This document shows, piece by piece, positions 54,931-63,947 of a DNA stretch of 64,000 nt; the first letter of the stretch is position 1; each line of letters starts with the position of its first letter. The position numbers and the translations under genes were made by a program. This DNA comes from Chloropicon primus. Taxonomy: Eukaryota. The DNA lies in assembly GCA_023205875.1 (NCBI GenBank), contig CP060762.1:124001-188000 (forward strand). The letters are read 5' to 3'. The notes under the pieces are model-generated. The model worked only from the letters and a program-made list of their open reading frames with translations, was not told the origin of the DNA and searched no databases.

Positions 54931-55023
54931 TCGCGATTAGATGGGCTATTTTGTGTTTGCTTCATAAAATGCTTTCGTTTTTAGAAAAATTCTTATATTA
55001 TTTTGGCTTTGCATTTACCTTCC

Positions 55024-56979
55024 TCACTTCCCCTTGTTCCCCAGCTCCGTGAGTTGCTGCAAGAACTCGCAAGGTGCTAGCATCTCCGTCGCACCATACA
55101 CTACATTACACTTTGGCTGGACCCTTTGCGACATCTCTTGCAGGGAGTGGTACTCCAGGTAGTTCCCCCCACCGATGATGCACACCATGACGTCTCTGTA
55201 GGCGGCAGACTTGGAGCTTGCTGGACTCGTGCCCCTGGGCAACTTTGGATCAAAGTAGAGATATTTCTCCTGCTCTTCGCCACTTCCCTTGGACTCGACA
55301 AGAGCTTGGACAGCCCTCGTGACGGCAAAGGTCTGGCCCTGGCTCATCAAGTTCTTCATGCCTTTGGCCATGACGTCCAGGCCCTTGGACACGAATTTGT
55401 CCGCGAAATCCAGAATGTTTCCCTGCGCCCCAGAAGAACCCGCGCTGCCCGGCATGGCAAAGCTCCTCTGAGCTCCCGTCAGGCTCAAGTTTCTGAGCCT
55501 CTTCAGGTAATTCAGGGCCTCGAGATCCGCTCCAGCTCCCTTGAGGCACTGGTCGATTTCCTCAAAGTCTGCCGCAGAGGGCAAGGTCTCGCACGTAAGC
55601 AGCCAGGTGGCCACCAACCTGAGCTTGTCGGAAAGAAGTCCTTTTGGAGTTGTGATGACCTTGAGGACCGCGCTCTTGTCCGCTTTCCCAGCGAAGAGCT
55701 CCTCTTCCACAGCAACGAAGTTGTCGATTTGCCTGTCTTTGATCTCCTTCAGAAGAGCAGTGGCAATGTTCGTGTGCTTGTCTATCACCCTCTTCCTCTC
55801 GGTGAGCTCCGGCAGTGAGCTCACGGCATTCATCAAGTTCTTCGTGTTTGCTTGGAGGTTGTCGTCCTCGTCCTCTCCCGCCCCAGAGGTGTGCGTATTA
55901 ATGGCAGCCATGTCCTTCTTGTATTTATTGAGTTGCTCTTCCACCTCCTCTGCAACTTTGGGGAACGGCCTGCCTCCATTCTCCTCCCAGAAAAAGTCTC
56001 CCGGGCCGACATCATAACTCTTCTTGGATCCAGTCGACCCACCGCTCGCAGGGTTCTCGCTCGCCACGGCGGTCCGGCCAAGCTTGAGGCCCAGGACGTC
56101 GTGAACCATCGCGTGATACGTCCAGCAGTGTTGGATCTGAGGCGTCAGATCAAAATTTCTGTCGAACAGGACCAAGAGCGGTCTCTGGAAGCTGCCGCCC
56201 TTCATGGTCGACGAGCTAAATGCGTTGCTCCTCTGCTCAAGGTGCTTTCGGATGTACCCGTCCAGAGCCCGAGCCACGTGCTCTGCCGCCCCACCCCGTT
56301 GGCACCTGATAATAGGAACTGAGCCCCAGGTCGCTATCGCACAAAAGAGGCCGTCTATGATGTCCCCTATCGCTTTCTCGATCTCCACGTCCTTGGCCGA
56401 GGGGTCATTCAGGGCAACATAGGCTTTCGGGATCATCAGGGAGAACAGGTCCTTCTCGAGAGCAACGAACGCCAAGTTCTGGTCAAACAGCTTGGCAACC
56501 CTTCCCAAACAGCGTTGCTTCGTCAGTCCTGACGCCAAGTCTTGCAGCGACTTGTCCGAAAGCGGGGCGCAGAAATTGAGGTGGGCCACATCGTACGTCC
56601 CAACGGCGAGGTCTTGCGTCACCCTGCTCACGTTGACGTCCGTAGCCCTCACAAAGTAAACGGCCGGCACGTCAGGCACGTTTTGCCTCTCGCTGTCGAT
56701 CAAAAGGTACAGCGTCACGCCGCACTTTCTTAGGTCGTTCAACCTCAGCAGGGGCGTGATCACGTCCCTCGTGAAGCTGTCCAGGACCAGCACCTTGTAC
56801 GACGAACCGCTCTGCCCGCCTCCCTGCCCCCCGGAGCTCGCCCCTCCTCTCCCCTTCCCCTTCCCAGGTGATGCCAAACCCAATGGAGTCGACGAAGGTC
56901 CGCCGCTTTCGTTGAACGACAAAAGGCGGACAAGGGCGTCGATCTGCCGCTTCCGGAGCGACGTCCCTGACGACGCCAT
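55024..56979 (-). CDS. SLY1: Sec1/Munc18-family protein SLY1
   Basis: YKVLVLD..LR..GVTL..I..RQ..PDVPAVYF, RPLLVLFDRNFD, LPEL.ERKR.ID.HTNIA, IGGGNY.EY. Confidence 0.93.
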   Translation of the reverse strand: MASSGTSLRKRQIDALVRLLSFNESGGPSSTPLGLASPGKGKGRGGASSGGQGGGQSGSSYKVLVLDSFTRDVITPLLRLNDLRKCGVTLYLLIDSERQNVPDVPAVYFVRATDVNVSRVTQDLAVGTYDVAHLNFCAPLSDKSLQDLASGLTKQRCLGRVAKLFDQNLAFVALEKDLFSLMIPKAYVALNDPSAKDVEIEKAIGDIIDGLFCAIATWGSVPIIRCQRGGAAEHVARALDGYIRKHLEQRSNAFSSSTMKGGSFQRPLLVLFDRNFDLTPQIQHCWTYHAMVHDVLGLKLGRTAVASENPASGGSTGSKKSYDVGPGDFFWEENGGRPFPKVAEEVEEQLNKYKKDMAAINTHTSGAGEDEDDNLQANTKNLMNAVSSLPELTERKRVIDKHTNIATALLKEIKDRQIDNFVAVEEELFAGKADKSAVLKVITTPKGLLSDKLRLVATWLLTCETLPSAADFEEIDQCLKGAGADLEALNYLKRLRNLSLTGAQRSFAMPGSAGSSGAQGNILDFADKFVSKGLDVMAKGMKNLMSQGQTFAVTRAVQALVESKGSGEEQEKYLYFDPKLPRGTSPASSKSAAYRDVMVCIIGGGNYLEYHSLQEMSQRVQPKCNVVYGATEMLAPCEFLQQLTELGNKGK

Positions 56980-57072
56980 GGCCTCCCTCACCGCCTCACT
57001 CTCCCTCTCCCTTCGCGCCGCTAAAACCCTTTCCTTTCCAGAGCCCTCGCTCCCCCGCCACGCGCTCCTGTC

Positions 57073-57415
57073 ATGGACTGGCTCAGGAGAGGAGGAGGAG
57101 GAGGCGCAAAGGATGATGGACATCGATGGCGATTGAGGACGGATGGCAAGCTTGCCAGGAGAAAGGATGTTGCTGGTGCAAAGATCGTCTCTTCACCTTT
57201 CGAAAGAGGTCCCGCATTGGAGACTGGGACTCACTCTGTCAATGGACTGGCTCTGCAGGAGGAGAGAAGGAGGAGAGGAGGAGGAGGCGCAAAGGATGGT
57301 GGACATCGATGGCGATTGAGGACGGATGGCAAGCTTGCCAGGAGAAAGGATGTTGCTGGTGCAAAGATCGTCTCTTCACCTTTCGAAAGAGGTCCCGCAT
57401 TGGAGACTGGGACTC
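57073..57415. repeat. Direct tandem duplication (core about 140 bp, offset 183, one visible mismatch)
   Basis: GGAGGCGCAAAGGATG(A/G)TGGACATCG...GAGACTGGGACTC ends at 57232 and again at 57415. Confidence 0.95.
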
Positions 57416-57487
57416 TTCTAGCTTTTCTTTTCTGTGGAGGATCGATCGCGGCGTCCGGCAAGTTCTCGAGAACGCAGAAGCAATGTA

Positions 57488-58705
57488 CTACAAGAACTGG
57501 GAAATCCACTGCGAGACGTGCGTGTGGCCGTTCTTGTCCGCGCAGAACGCGCACGTGTACTTGTCCCAAGGGCACCCTGCCCTCGTTGTCCATTGCAACA
57601 ACTCAAGGTGGCCGTACTGTCGTCGAACAAGAGTGGAGGGAGAGAGAGAGAGAGAGAGAGAGAGTCAGCAACTCGTCCAGCTCAAGTCCTGACAGAGGGT
57701 TCAACTTACCATCGCAGCATACTCTGCAGTATCCTCGTCCCAGGGACAAGGCGGATCCTGGCTTCGAAGCCACTGCAGCACGTCAAGGTGGCCCCCTTTG
57801 GCTGCGCAAAACGAAGTTCTAGTGTTGAGGATCTCCAACTCGGGCATATCAACCCAGAGATTCGCCCTGTGCTCCTCCTCCAGGTGCGACACTAGCCACT
57901 TCAGTGTTTCCAGGTGTCCTCCTTCAGCGGCATAGCTGCAGACCTTCCTGTCCGTCCAAGGGCACCCATTCTCCCTGGCCCACTTCAAGCACTTGAGGTG
58001 TCCGCCACGTGCAGCCCGGTGGCAAACTCTCTCTCCCCAAGGGCACCCATTCTCCCTGGCCCACTTGAGGACCTCCAGGCGACCCTCCGCAGCTGCACCA
58101 GCGCAAGTGTACTCGTCCCAAGCGCAGCCAGCCTTACTCCTCAGCCATTTCAGCACCTCGATGTGGCCGCCCTTGGCGGCGTTCGCACACGCCCATGGCT
58201 CCCACACTCTACTTCTGACGCTGGCTCTGCCGTACAACGATCCATAGAGGTCCTTGGACCTCTGCTCCCAAAGCTGGAGGATCGAGAGGTAGCCACGGCT
58301 GGCCGAACCGTTGATGAGCAAGCTCCTCACTTTCAGCTCCCTCTTCACGTCCTCCTCCTCCTCCTCCTCGTCGTCGTCCTCACAATCGTCGTGAACGTCC
58401 ATCTCCATGCCCTCCATCAAGCGTTTCAGGCTCGAGGTGTGCCAGGCAGTGTGCCACGCGAACCAGTCCTCCGACAGGGTGTCGACCGAGTTGTGGAGGT
58501 AAACTTTCATTCTCGTTCTCAGCGGTCTTTTGGATTGGGCTTGAACGCTTCTGAATCTCTTGCAAGCCATTGAAAACGCCAACACGTCGTTCCCGTGGAC
58601 ATCATCCAGTATCCTCCCCCAAACGTGGGTCGGCAAGTCCACCAAGGTTCCCCTCCCTCCCTCCTCCTCCCTTCCTCCTTCACTCCCTCGCCTTCTCTTC
58701 GTCAT
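57488..58705 (-). CDS. F-box-like + ankyrin-like repeat protein (exons 58705-57710, 57616-57488)
   Basis: LVDLPTHVWGRIL..D..AFSMACK.F N-terminus; CPW..C..AA.GGHL..L.W repeats. GTAAGT donor and CAG acceptor add a terminal exon YGHLELLQW..GCPWDKYTC..QFL*. Confidence 0.88.
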
Positions 58706-58766
58706 CCTCCTGGACGGGAGGAGGGAGGGAAGGTCGACCAAGTGGAGAGAATGCCGAGTCCTCAAG

Positions 58767-58941
58767 CCACTTGTACGACTGTGACCTGATGCACCTCGCC
58801 GCTTTCCAGGGCAGCAATCAGGTGCTGCAGTGGTTGCGAAGCCAGGACCCGCCTTGCCCTTGGATCCCAAACAGGTGCAGAATTGTGGCGAAGCACCGCA
58901 ATCACCAGCACGCCGTCGATTGGATCAATGCCAATATTTAA
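58767..58941 (+). pseudogene. 5'-truncated remnant of the ankyrin-like gene family
   Basis: HLYDCDLMHLAAFQGS..VLQWLRSQDPPCPW..WINANI* matches the 59478-60293 gene but lacks its start, the F-box-like region and the internal repeats. Confidence 0.8.
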
Positions 58942-60620
58942 CCAAGAACAATGTCTCACGACGAACCTGTCATCGACCTTCGCTTTCCTTCCTGGTTCCT
59001 CCTCCTTCCTCTTTCTCCTCTCCTCCTCTCTTTGTTTCTTTCTCTCGGTGGATTTTCTCCCTTCCGCTGAACCATCATAACGGCCCGAGGCCACGAGGGG
59101 CCGAACGAGGAGCACGAGAGAGAAACGGAGAGGACGGGAGAGCGCGGAGGAGGAAGAGAGAGAAGAGGCGGACAGGAAAGAAGGAAGCGTCGTCTCGTGC
59201 TCTTTCGAACGAGCTCTCGCGCGAAAGAAACGACCCAGTGGTGAGGATCTGGCGACGACACGAAACGAGAGAGAGAGGAAACGAAAGGACGATCAAGGCG
59301 TAGATCACCGAGGAGGGGAGGCGACGACGAGGGCGGGAGTTTGTGCCGGAGGGTTTTCGAGTGATAGACGAGCGGAAGGAGTGTCTTTTCCTCATTCGAA
59401 CGAGCCCTCGCGCGCCACAAGAAGGACCCGGTGGTGGGGATCATCTGAGGAGCACGGGCACACGGACGGACGTGATCATGATGGAGGAGACGAGGGAGAG
59501 CAGAAGGCAGAGGAGGAAGGGCAGGGACGCGTTGGATGTGCTGCCGGAGTGGGCGTGGCTCCTGGTCTTGAAGCAGCTGGATGAGTACGACCACCTCGCT
59601 TTTGGTTTGACCTGCAGGGCGTTCCTCGTCGTGGGGAGGATTACGGCGAGGGCGATGGCGAACCCTTCTGACCACCCTCAGAAGGAAACGCAGAAGGGTC
59701 TTCCTCTGAGGACGAACTTGGCACACGAAACGTTGTTCAAGCAGATGCCTCGCTTCAGTTTGAGTTGGTTCCAGTGGGTGTCTCGGTCGTTCAAAAGGAG
59801 GAAGGGAGCACCGAAAGAGTTGAGATATGGCGAGTACTACGACCACTTGTACGACTGTGACCTGATGTACCTCGCCGCTTTCCAGGGCAGCAAGAAGGTG
59901 ATGGAGTGGTTGGCGAGCCAAGGGATCTCTTTTGGTATCGAGCGCTATTATCATGGAGTGGTAGCAGTAGCAACTGGAGGAGCCGCTGCAGGAGGTCATA
60001 TTGAGATATTGGAATGGCTGGGGAGCGAGGGGTGCGAGTTTGATAACTTGACTTGTTCTTCTGCAGCTCTTGGAGGTCACCTTGACGTTCTGAAGTGGCT
60101 CCGAAGCCAGGATCCGCCTTGCCCTTGGGACTGGAGGACTTGTGAATATGCAGCTGAAGGAGGTCACCTTGAGGTTCTGCAGTGGGCTCGAAGCCAGGAC
60201 CCGCCTTGCCGTTGGGACCCAATTGAATGCATGGTGTGGGCGGAGAGCAGGAAAGACCAGCACGCCATCGAATGGATCAATGCCAATATTTAACCAAGAA
60301 CAATGTCTCACGACGAACCTGTCATCGACCTTCGCTTTCCTTCCTGGTTCCTCCTCCTTCCTCTTTCTCCTCTCCTCCTCTCTTTGTTTCTTTCTCTCGG
60401 TGGATTTTCTCCCTTCCGCTGAACCATCATAACGGCCCGAGGCCACGAGGGGCCGAACGAGGAGCACGAGAGAGAAACGGAGAGGACGGGAGAGCGCGGA
60501 GGAGGAAGAGAGAGAAGAGGCGGACAGGAAAGAAGGAAGCGTCGTCTCGTGCTCTTTCGAACGAGCTCTCGCGCGAAAGAAACGACCCAGTGGTGAGGAT
60601 CTGGCGACACGAAACACGAA
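58904..60620 (+). repeat. Recent tandem segmental duplication (about 58904-59270 vs 60256-60620, offset 1352)
   Basis: Near-identical gene end plus intergenic sequence; similarity continues into the paralogous coding regions. Confidence 0.95.
59478..60293 (+). CDS. F-box-like + ankyrin-like repeat protein (short, 2 RSQDPP repeats)
   Basis: LDVLPEWAW..VL..L..YD..AFGLTCR.F; AA.GGHL.VL.W.RSQDPPC.W. Confidence 0.88.
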   Translation: MMEETRESRRQRRKGRDALDVLPEWAWLLVLKQLDEYDHLAFGLTCRAFLVVGRITARAMANPSDHPQKETQKGLPLRTNLAHETLFKQMPRFSLSWFQWVSRSFKRRKGAPKELRYGEYYDHLYDCDLMYLAAFQGSKKVMEWLASQGISFGIERYYHGVVAVATGGAAAGGHIEILEWLGSEGCEFDNLTCSSAALGGHLDVLKWLRSQDPPCPWDWRTCEYAAEGGHLEVLQWARSQDPPCRWDPIECMVWAESRKDQHAIEWINANI

Positions 60621-60812
60621 AAAGAAAGGCAGAAAGAAATCGAGGAGTAGATCACCGAGGAAGGGAGGCGACGACGAGGGCGGGATTTTGTGCCGGAGGT
60701 TTCTCTCGAGTGATAGACGAGCGGAAGGAGTGTCTCTTGCTCTTTCGAGCGAGCCCTCGCGCGACAAGAACGACCCATTGGTGAGGATCATCTGAGGTGC
60801 ACGGACGTGAAG

Positions 60813-62402
60813 ATGGAGGAGACGATGGAGAGCAAGAGGCAGAGGAGGGAGGGCAGGGATGCACTGGACGTGCTGCCGGGGGTACTGTGGAGCGTCATTG
60901 GCACGCATGTGGCCGACTACGACCGGGTCGCTTTCGGGTTGACCTGCAGGACGTTCCTCGAGGCGGTGACAATGGCGACGACGGCGACGGCGACGGCGGC
61001 GAACCCTGAGCAGAAGAAGGTTGCTCTGAAGACGGACCTGTCGCAAGAGAAGTTGTTCAAGGAGATGCCTTGCTTCAGCATGGATTGGTTCCAGTGGGTG
61101 CTTCGGTCGTTCGAAAGGAGGAAGGGAGCATCGGCAGAAGAGGATGATAGATGTCGAGGGTACGACGACCCCTTGTACGATTCTGACCTGCTGCACCTCG
61201 CCGCTTTCCAGGGCAGCAAGAAGGTGATCAAGTGGTTGGTGAGCCAAGGGATCCCTTTGGAGATCAAGGGCTGGTGGTCTGGAGCAGCTGCTACAGAAGC
61301 TGCTACAGGAGCTGCTGGAGGAGGTCACCTTGAGTTGCTGGAATGGTTGAGGAGCGAGGGGCACGGGTTTAATGTGTGGACCTGTTCTTATGCAGCTCGG
61401 GGAGGTCACCTTGACGTTCTGAAGTGGCTCCGAAGCCAGGATCCGCCTTGCCCTTGGAACAAGAGGACTTGTGAATATGCAGCTCGAGGAGGCCACCTTC
61501 ACGTTCTGCAGTGGGCTCGAAGCCAGGACCCGCCTTGCCCTTGGGACGAGGTGACTTGTTTGGGGGCAGCTGAAGGAGCTCACCTTGATGTTCTGCAGTG
61601 GGCTCGAAGCCAGGACCCGCCTTGCCCTTGGAACAAGTGGACGTGTAGGATGGCAGCTCTTGGAGGTCACCTTGAGGTTCTGCAGTGGGCTCGAAGCCAG
61701 GACCCGCCTTGTGTTTGGGACGAGTGGACTTGTTATGAGGCAGCTCGAAGAGGTCACCTTGACATGCTGCAGTGGCTTCGAAGCCAGGACCCACCTTGCC
61801 CTTGGGACCGGAAGACTTGTTCTAATGCAGCTGGAGGAGGTCACCTTGAGGTTCTGCAGTGGGCTCGAAGCCAGGACCCACCTTGTGATTGGGACGAGAT
61901 GACTTGTGGATGGGCAGCTGAAGGAGGTCACCTTGACGTTCTGCAGTGGGCTCGAAGCCAGGACCCACCTTGTGATTGGGACTTGTGGACTTGTAAATGG
62001 GCAGCTCGAGGAGGGCACCTTCACGTTCTGCAGTGGCTTCGAAGCCAGGACCCGCCTTGCCCTTGGAACAAGGCGACTTGTGATTGGGCAGCTCGAGGAG
62101 GTCACCTTGATGTTCTGCAGTGGGCTCGAAGCCAGGACCCGCCTTGTGATTGGGGCGAGATGACTTGTGGATGGGCAGCTCAAGGAGGTTGGCTTGATAT
62201 TCTCATGTGGCTCCGAAGCCAGGACCCGCCTTGCCCTTGGGACCCTGAGGAGATTTATGACACGGCAGATGAAGAAGGCCACCTTCACATCTTGCAGTGG
62301 CTTCAGCTGGAGTTGCGTTTCGAACCGAGTTTAAGCGACGTGAGCTCCGGACGAAGCAGCGTGGAGGAGGACGAGGACGACGACTACACTGATGACGTCT
62401 GA
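60813..62402 (+). CDS. F-box-like + ankyrin-like repeat protein (long, 10 RSQDPP repeats of 29 aa)
   Basis: Paralog of 59478-60293; exact 87-nt period from 61431 to 62214; acidic C-terminal tail. Confidence 0.9.
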   Translation: MEETMESKRQRREGRDALDVLPGVLWSVIGTHVADYDRVAFGLTCRTFLEAVTMATTATATAANPEQKKVALKTDLSQEKLFKEMPCFSMDWFQWVLRSFERRKGASAEEDDRCRGYDDPLYDSDLLHLAAFQGSKKVIKWLVSQGIPLEIKGWWSGAAATEAATGAAGGGHLELLEWLRSEGHGFNVWTCSYAARGGHLDVLKWLRSQDPPCPWNKRTCEYAARGGHLHVLQWARSQDPPCPWDEVTCLGAAEGAHLDVLQWARSQDPPCPWNKWTCRMAALGGHLEVLQWARSQDPPCVWDEWTCYEAARRGHLDMLQWLRSQDPPCPWDRKTCSNAAGGGHLEVLQWARSQDPPCDWDEMTCGWAAEGGHLDVLQWARSQDPPCDWDLWTCKWAARGGHLHVLQWLRSQDPPCPWNKATCDWAARGGHLDVLQWARSQDPPCDWGEMTCGWAAQGGWLDILMWLRSQDPPCPWDPEEIYDTADEEGHLHILQWLQLELRFEPSLSDVSSGRSSVEEDEDDDYTDDV

Positions 62403-62523
62403 TGTAATAAAGGAATCATCATCTCTCTTTGGCTTTGGCCTTGGCTGGGTGGGTTTCTTCGCGAGCGCTCGCGAGGAGATGGATGGATTGCGGGGCGCGA
62501 GAGTCGATCCGGGCTCTGGAGAT

Positions 62524-62533
62524 AAAAAAAAAA
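62524..62533 (-). terminator. Pol III oligo-T terminator of the 5S gene
   Basis: T-run on the minus strand a few nt after the 5S 3' end. Confidence 0.85.
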
Positions 62534-62538
62534 GAAGA

Positions 62539-62657
62539 ACATACGCCACGAGAGATTCCCGTGTTGTCACCAACCACAGTACTGATCTCGCCCACACGCG
62601 CTTGACTTCCGAGTTCTGATGGGATCGGGTATTTTCACGTAGGTATGAACGTATGAT
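62539..62657 (-). rRNA. 5S rRNA (solitary copy)
   Basis: 119 nt: AUCAUACGUUCAUACC..CCCGAUCCCAUCAGAACUCGGAAGUCAAGC..UGGGC..AGUACU..GGGAA..CGUAUGU, with complementary ends. Confidence 0.95.
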
Positions 62658-62679
62658 AAAGGAAGGTGCGAATTTCGCG

Positions 62680-62687
62680 TATATATA
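62680..62687 (-). promoter_or_regulatory. TATA-like element about 25-30 nt upstream of the 5S gene
   Basis: TATATATA-like tract at the position typical for plant and algal 5S genes. Confidence 0.6.
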
Positions 62688-62763
62688 CCCACCTTGTTCC
62701 CCCTTCTCGCTGGCGGGGCGGGGGGGAAGAGCGCGCGCGGGAGAGACAGAGGGTCTGGGGTGG

Positions 62764-63138
62764 ATGGCGCACAGTGCGGGTTCGGAGTACTTGAAGGGCG
62801 TGCTGGAGGATGGCGAGGCGGTGGTGAGGTTCGGTGAGGTGACCAAGAGGAAGGCTGGGATCGCGACTGGGGCGTTTACTTGCCAGAAGCGTCTTTTGGT
62901 TCTCACGAGCAAGCCGAGACTGCTTTACTTCTGCGTCGATTCCAAGGTTTTCAAGGGAGAGCTTGACGAGGTCGTGACGTGCTACAAGAAGACCGAGACC
63001 AAGTTCGTGGTGAAGACGACGAAGAAGGAGAGGATCTTCGAGACGGGGGAGGACACCGGGGATCAGTCCGCCGATGCTTGGTGCACGCAGATAAGGTTCG
63101 ACTTTGCTGGAACGGAGCACTACGGGAGCCGCTATTGA
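62764..63138 (+). CDS. Small stand-alone PH-domain protein (PDK1-type PH)
   Basis: L..GE.VV..G.V.KRK.G...KR.LVLT.KPRLLY....KGE..F.V.T..R.F..A..WC..I. Confidence 0.78.
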   Translation: MAHSAGSEYLKGVLEDGEAVVRFGEVTKRKAGIATGAFTCQKRLLVLTSKPRLLYFCVDSKVFKGELDEVVTCYKKTETKFVVKTTKKERIFETGEDTGDQSADAWCTQIRFDFAGTEHYGSRY

Positions 63139-63184
63139 CCGATTTGCGGGACCTCTTCTTGCATCTTTTGTTGTTGTGTGTTTG

Positions 63185-63799
63185 ATGATGACGCCGACGA
63201 CGGAGTTCTCGGACGGGGAGGAGGGGTTCATGAGGCTCGCGCTGGCGGAGGCGACCAAGGCGTTCGGGGAGGGGGAGATTCCGGTGGGGTGCGTCCTGGT
63301 TAGGGGGGGGGAGGTCGTCGGCAGGGGGGGGAACAAGACGAACGAGAGCAGGAACGGGAGCCGGCACTGCGAGATGGAAGCGATCGACGAGGTCCTGGGG
63401 AAGTTCGAGGCCGGATCGTTGGAGGTGGGTTCCGACTGCGCCATGTCCAAGTTCTGGTCGGAGGTCGACCTTTACGTGACCTGCGAGCCTTGCATCATGT
63501 GCGCCGGGGCGATCTCCCTCATGGGAATCAAGAACGTTTACTACGGTTGCTCCAACGACAAGTTCGGGGGCTGCGGGTCCGTGCACCCCGTGTCCGACCA
63601 AGGCTGCGGGACCTGCGGCGGGGGGGAGGAGCGCTTCGGCGCGGAGAACGTGAGGAGCTTCAGGTGCAGGAAAGGCCTTTTCGCGGAGGAAGCCATCGCG
63701 ATGCTGCAAGACTTTTACCTCAGGGGGAACGCGAGGGCGCCGAAGCCTCACAGGAAGGTCCTGTGGATGGATCGCAGGGAACAGCAGCAGGAGCACTGA
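63185..63799 (+). CDS. ADAT2: tRNA adenosine(34) deaminase catalytic subunit TAD2/ADAT2
   Basis: FM..AL.EA..A...GEIPVGCV, HCE, LYVTCEPCIMC, N.KFGGCGS, FY.RGN..AP.P. Confidence 0.92.
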   Translation: MMTPTTEFSDGEEGFMRLALAEATKAFGEGEIPVGCVLVRGGEVVGRGGNKTNESRNGSRHCEMEAIDEVLGKFEAGSLEVGSDCAMSKFWSEVDLYVTCEPCIMCAGAISLMGIKNVYYGCSNDKFGGCGSVHPVSDQGCGTCGGGEERFGAENVRSFRCRKGLFAEEAIAMLQDFYLRGNARAPKPHRKVLWMDRREQQQEH

Positions 63800-63906
63800 C
63801 CAGCGGTCGAGTGCGTGTGCATCTTTTGTTTTTGGGGTGAAATCTATTTATTTTGAGGAAGAGTCTCTCTCTCTCCCTAAGGTCGACGGACTGTCTTCTT
63901 CTCTGC

Positions 63907-63947
<41 letters not shown>

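Noticed and set aside
57126..57692. 188-aa plus-strand ORF with a duplicated Cys/Trp motif
   Set aside because: Its 5' part is the non-coding tandem duplication; its coding-like 3' part is the antisense of the terminal exon (57616-57488) of the minus-strand ankyrin gene.
58956..62288. 1110-aa minus-strand ORF with repeats
   Set aside because: Antisense shadow of the two plus-strand ankyrin-like genes; it crosses their spacer and has no plausible domain.
61431..62300. CRISPR-like appearance (constant repeat plus variable segment)
   Set aside because: The period is exactly 29 codons in an open frame, variable parts are only a few codons, the context is eukaryotic and there are no cas genes.
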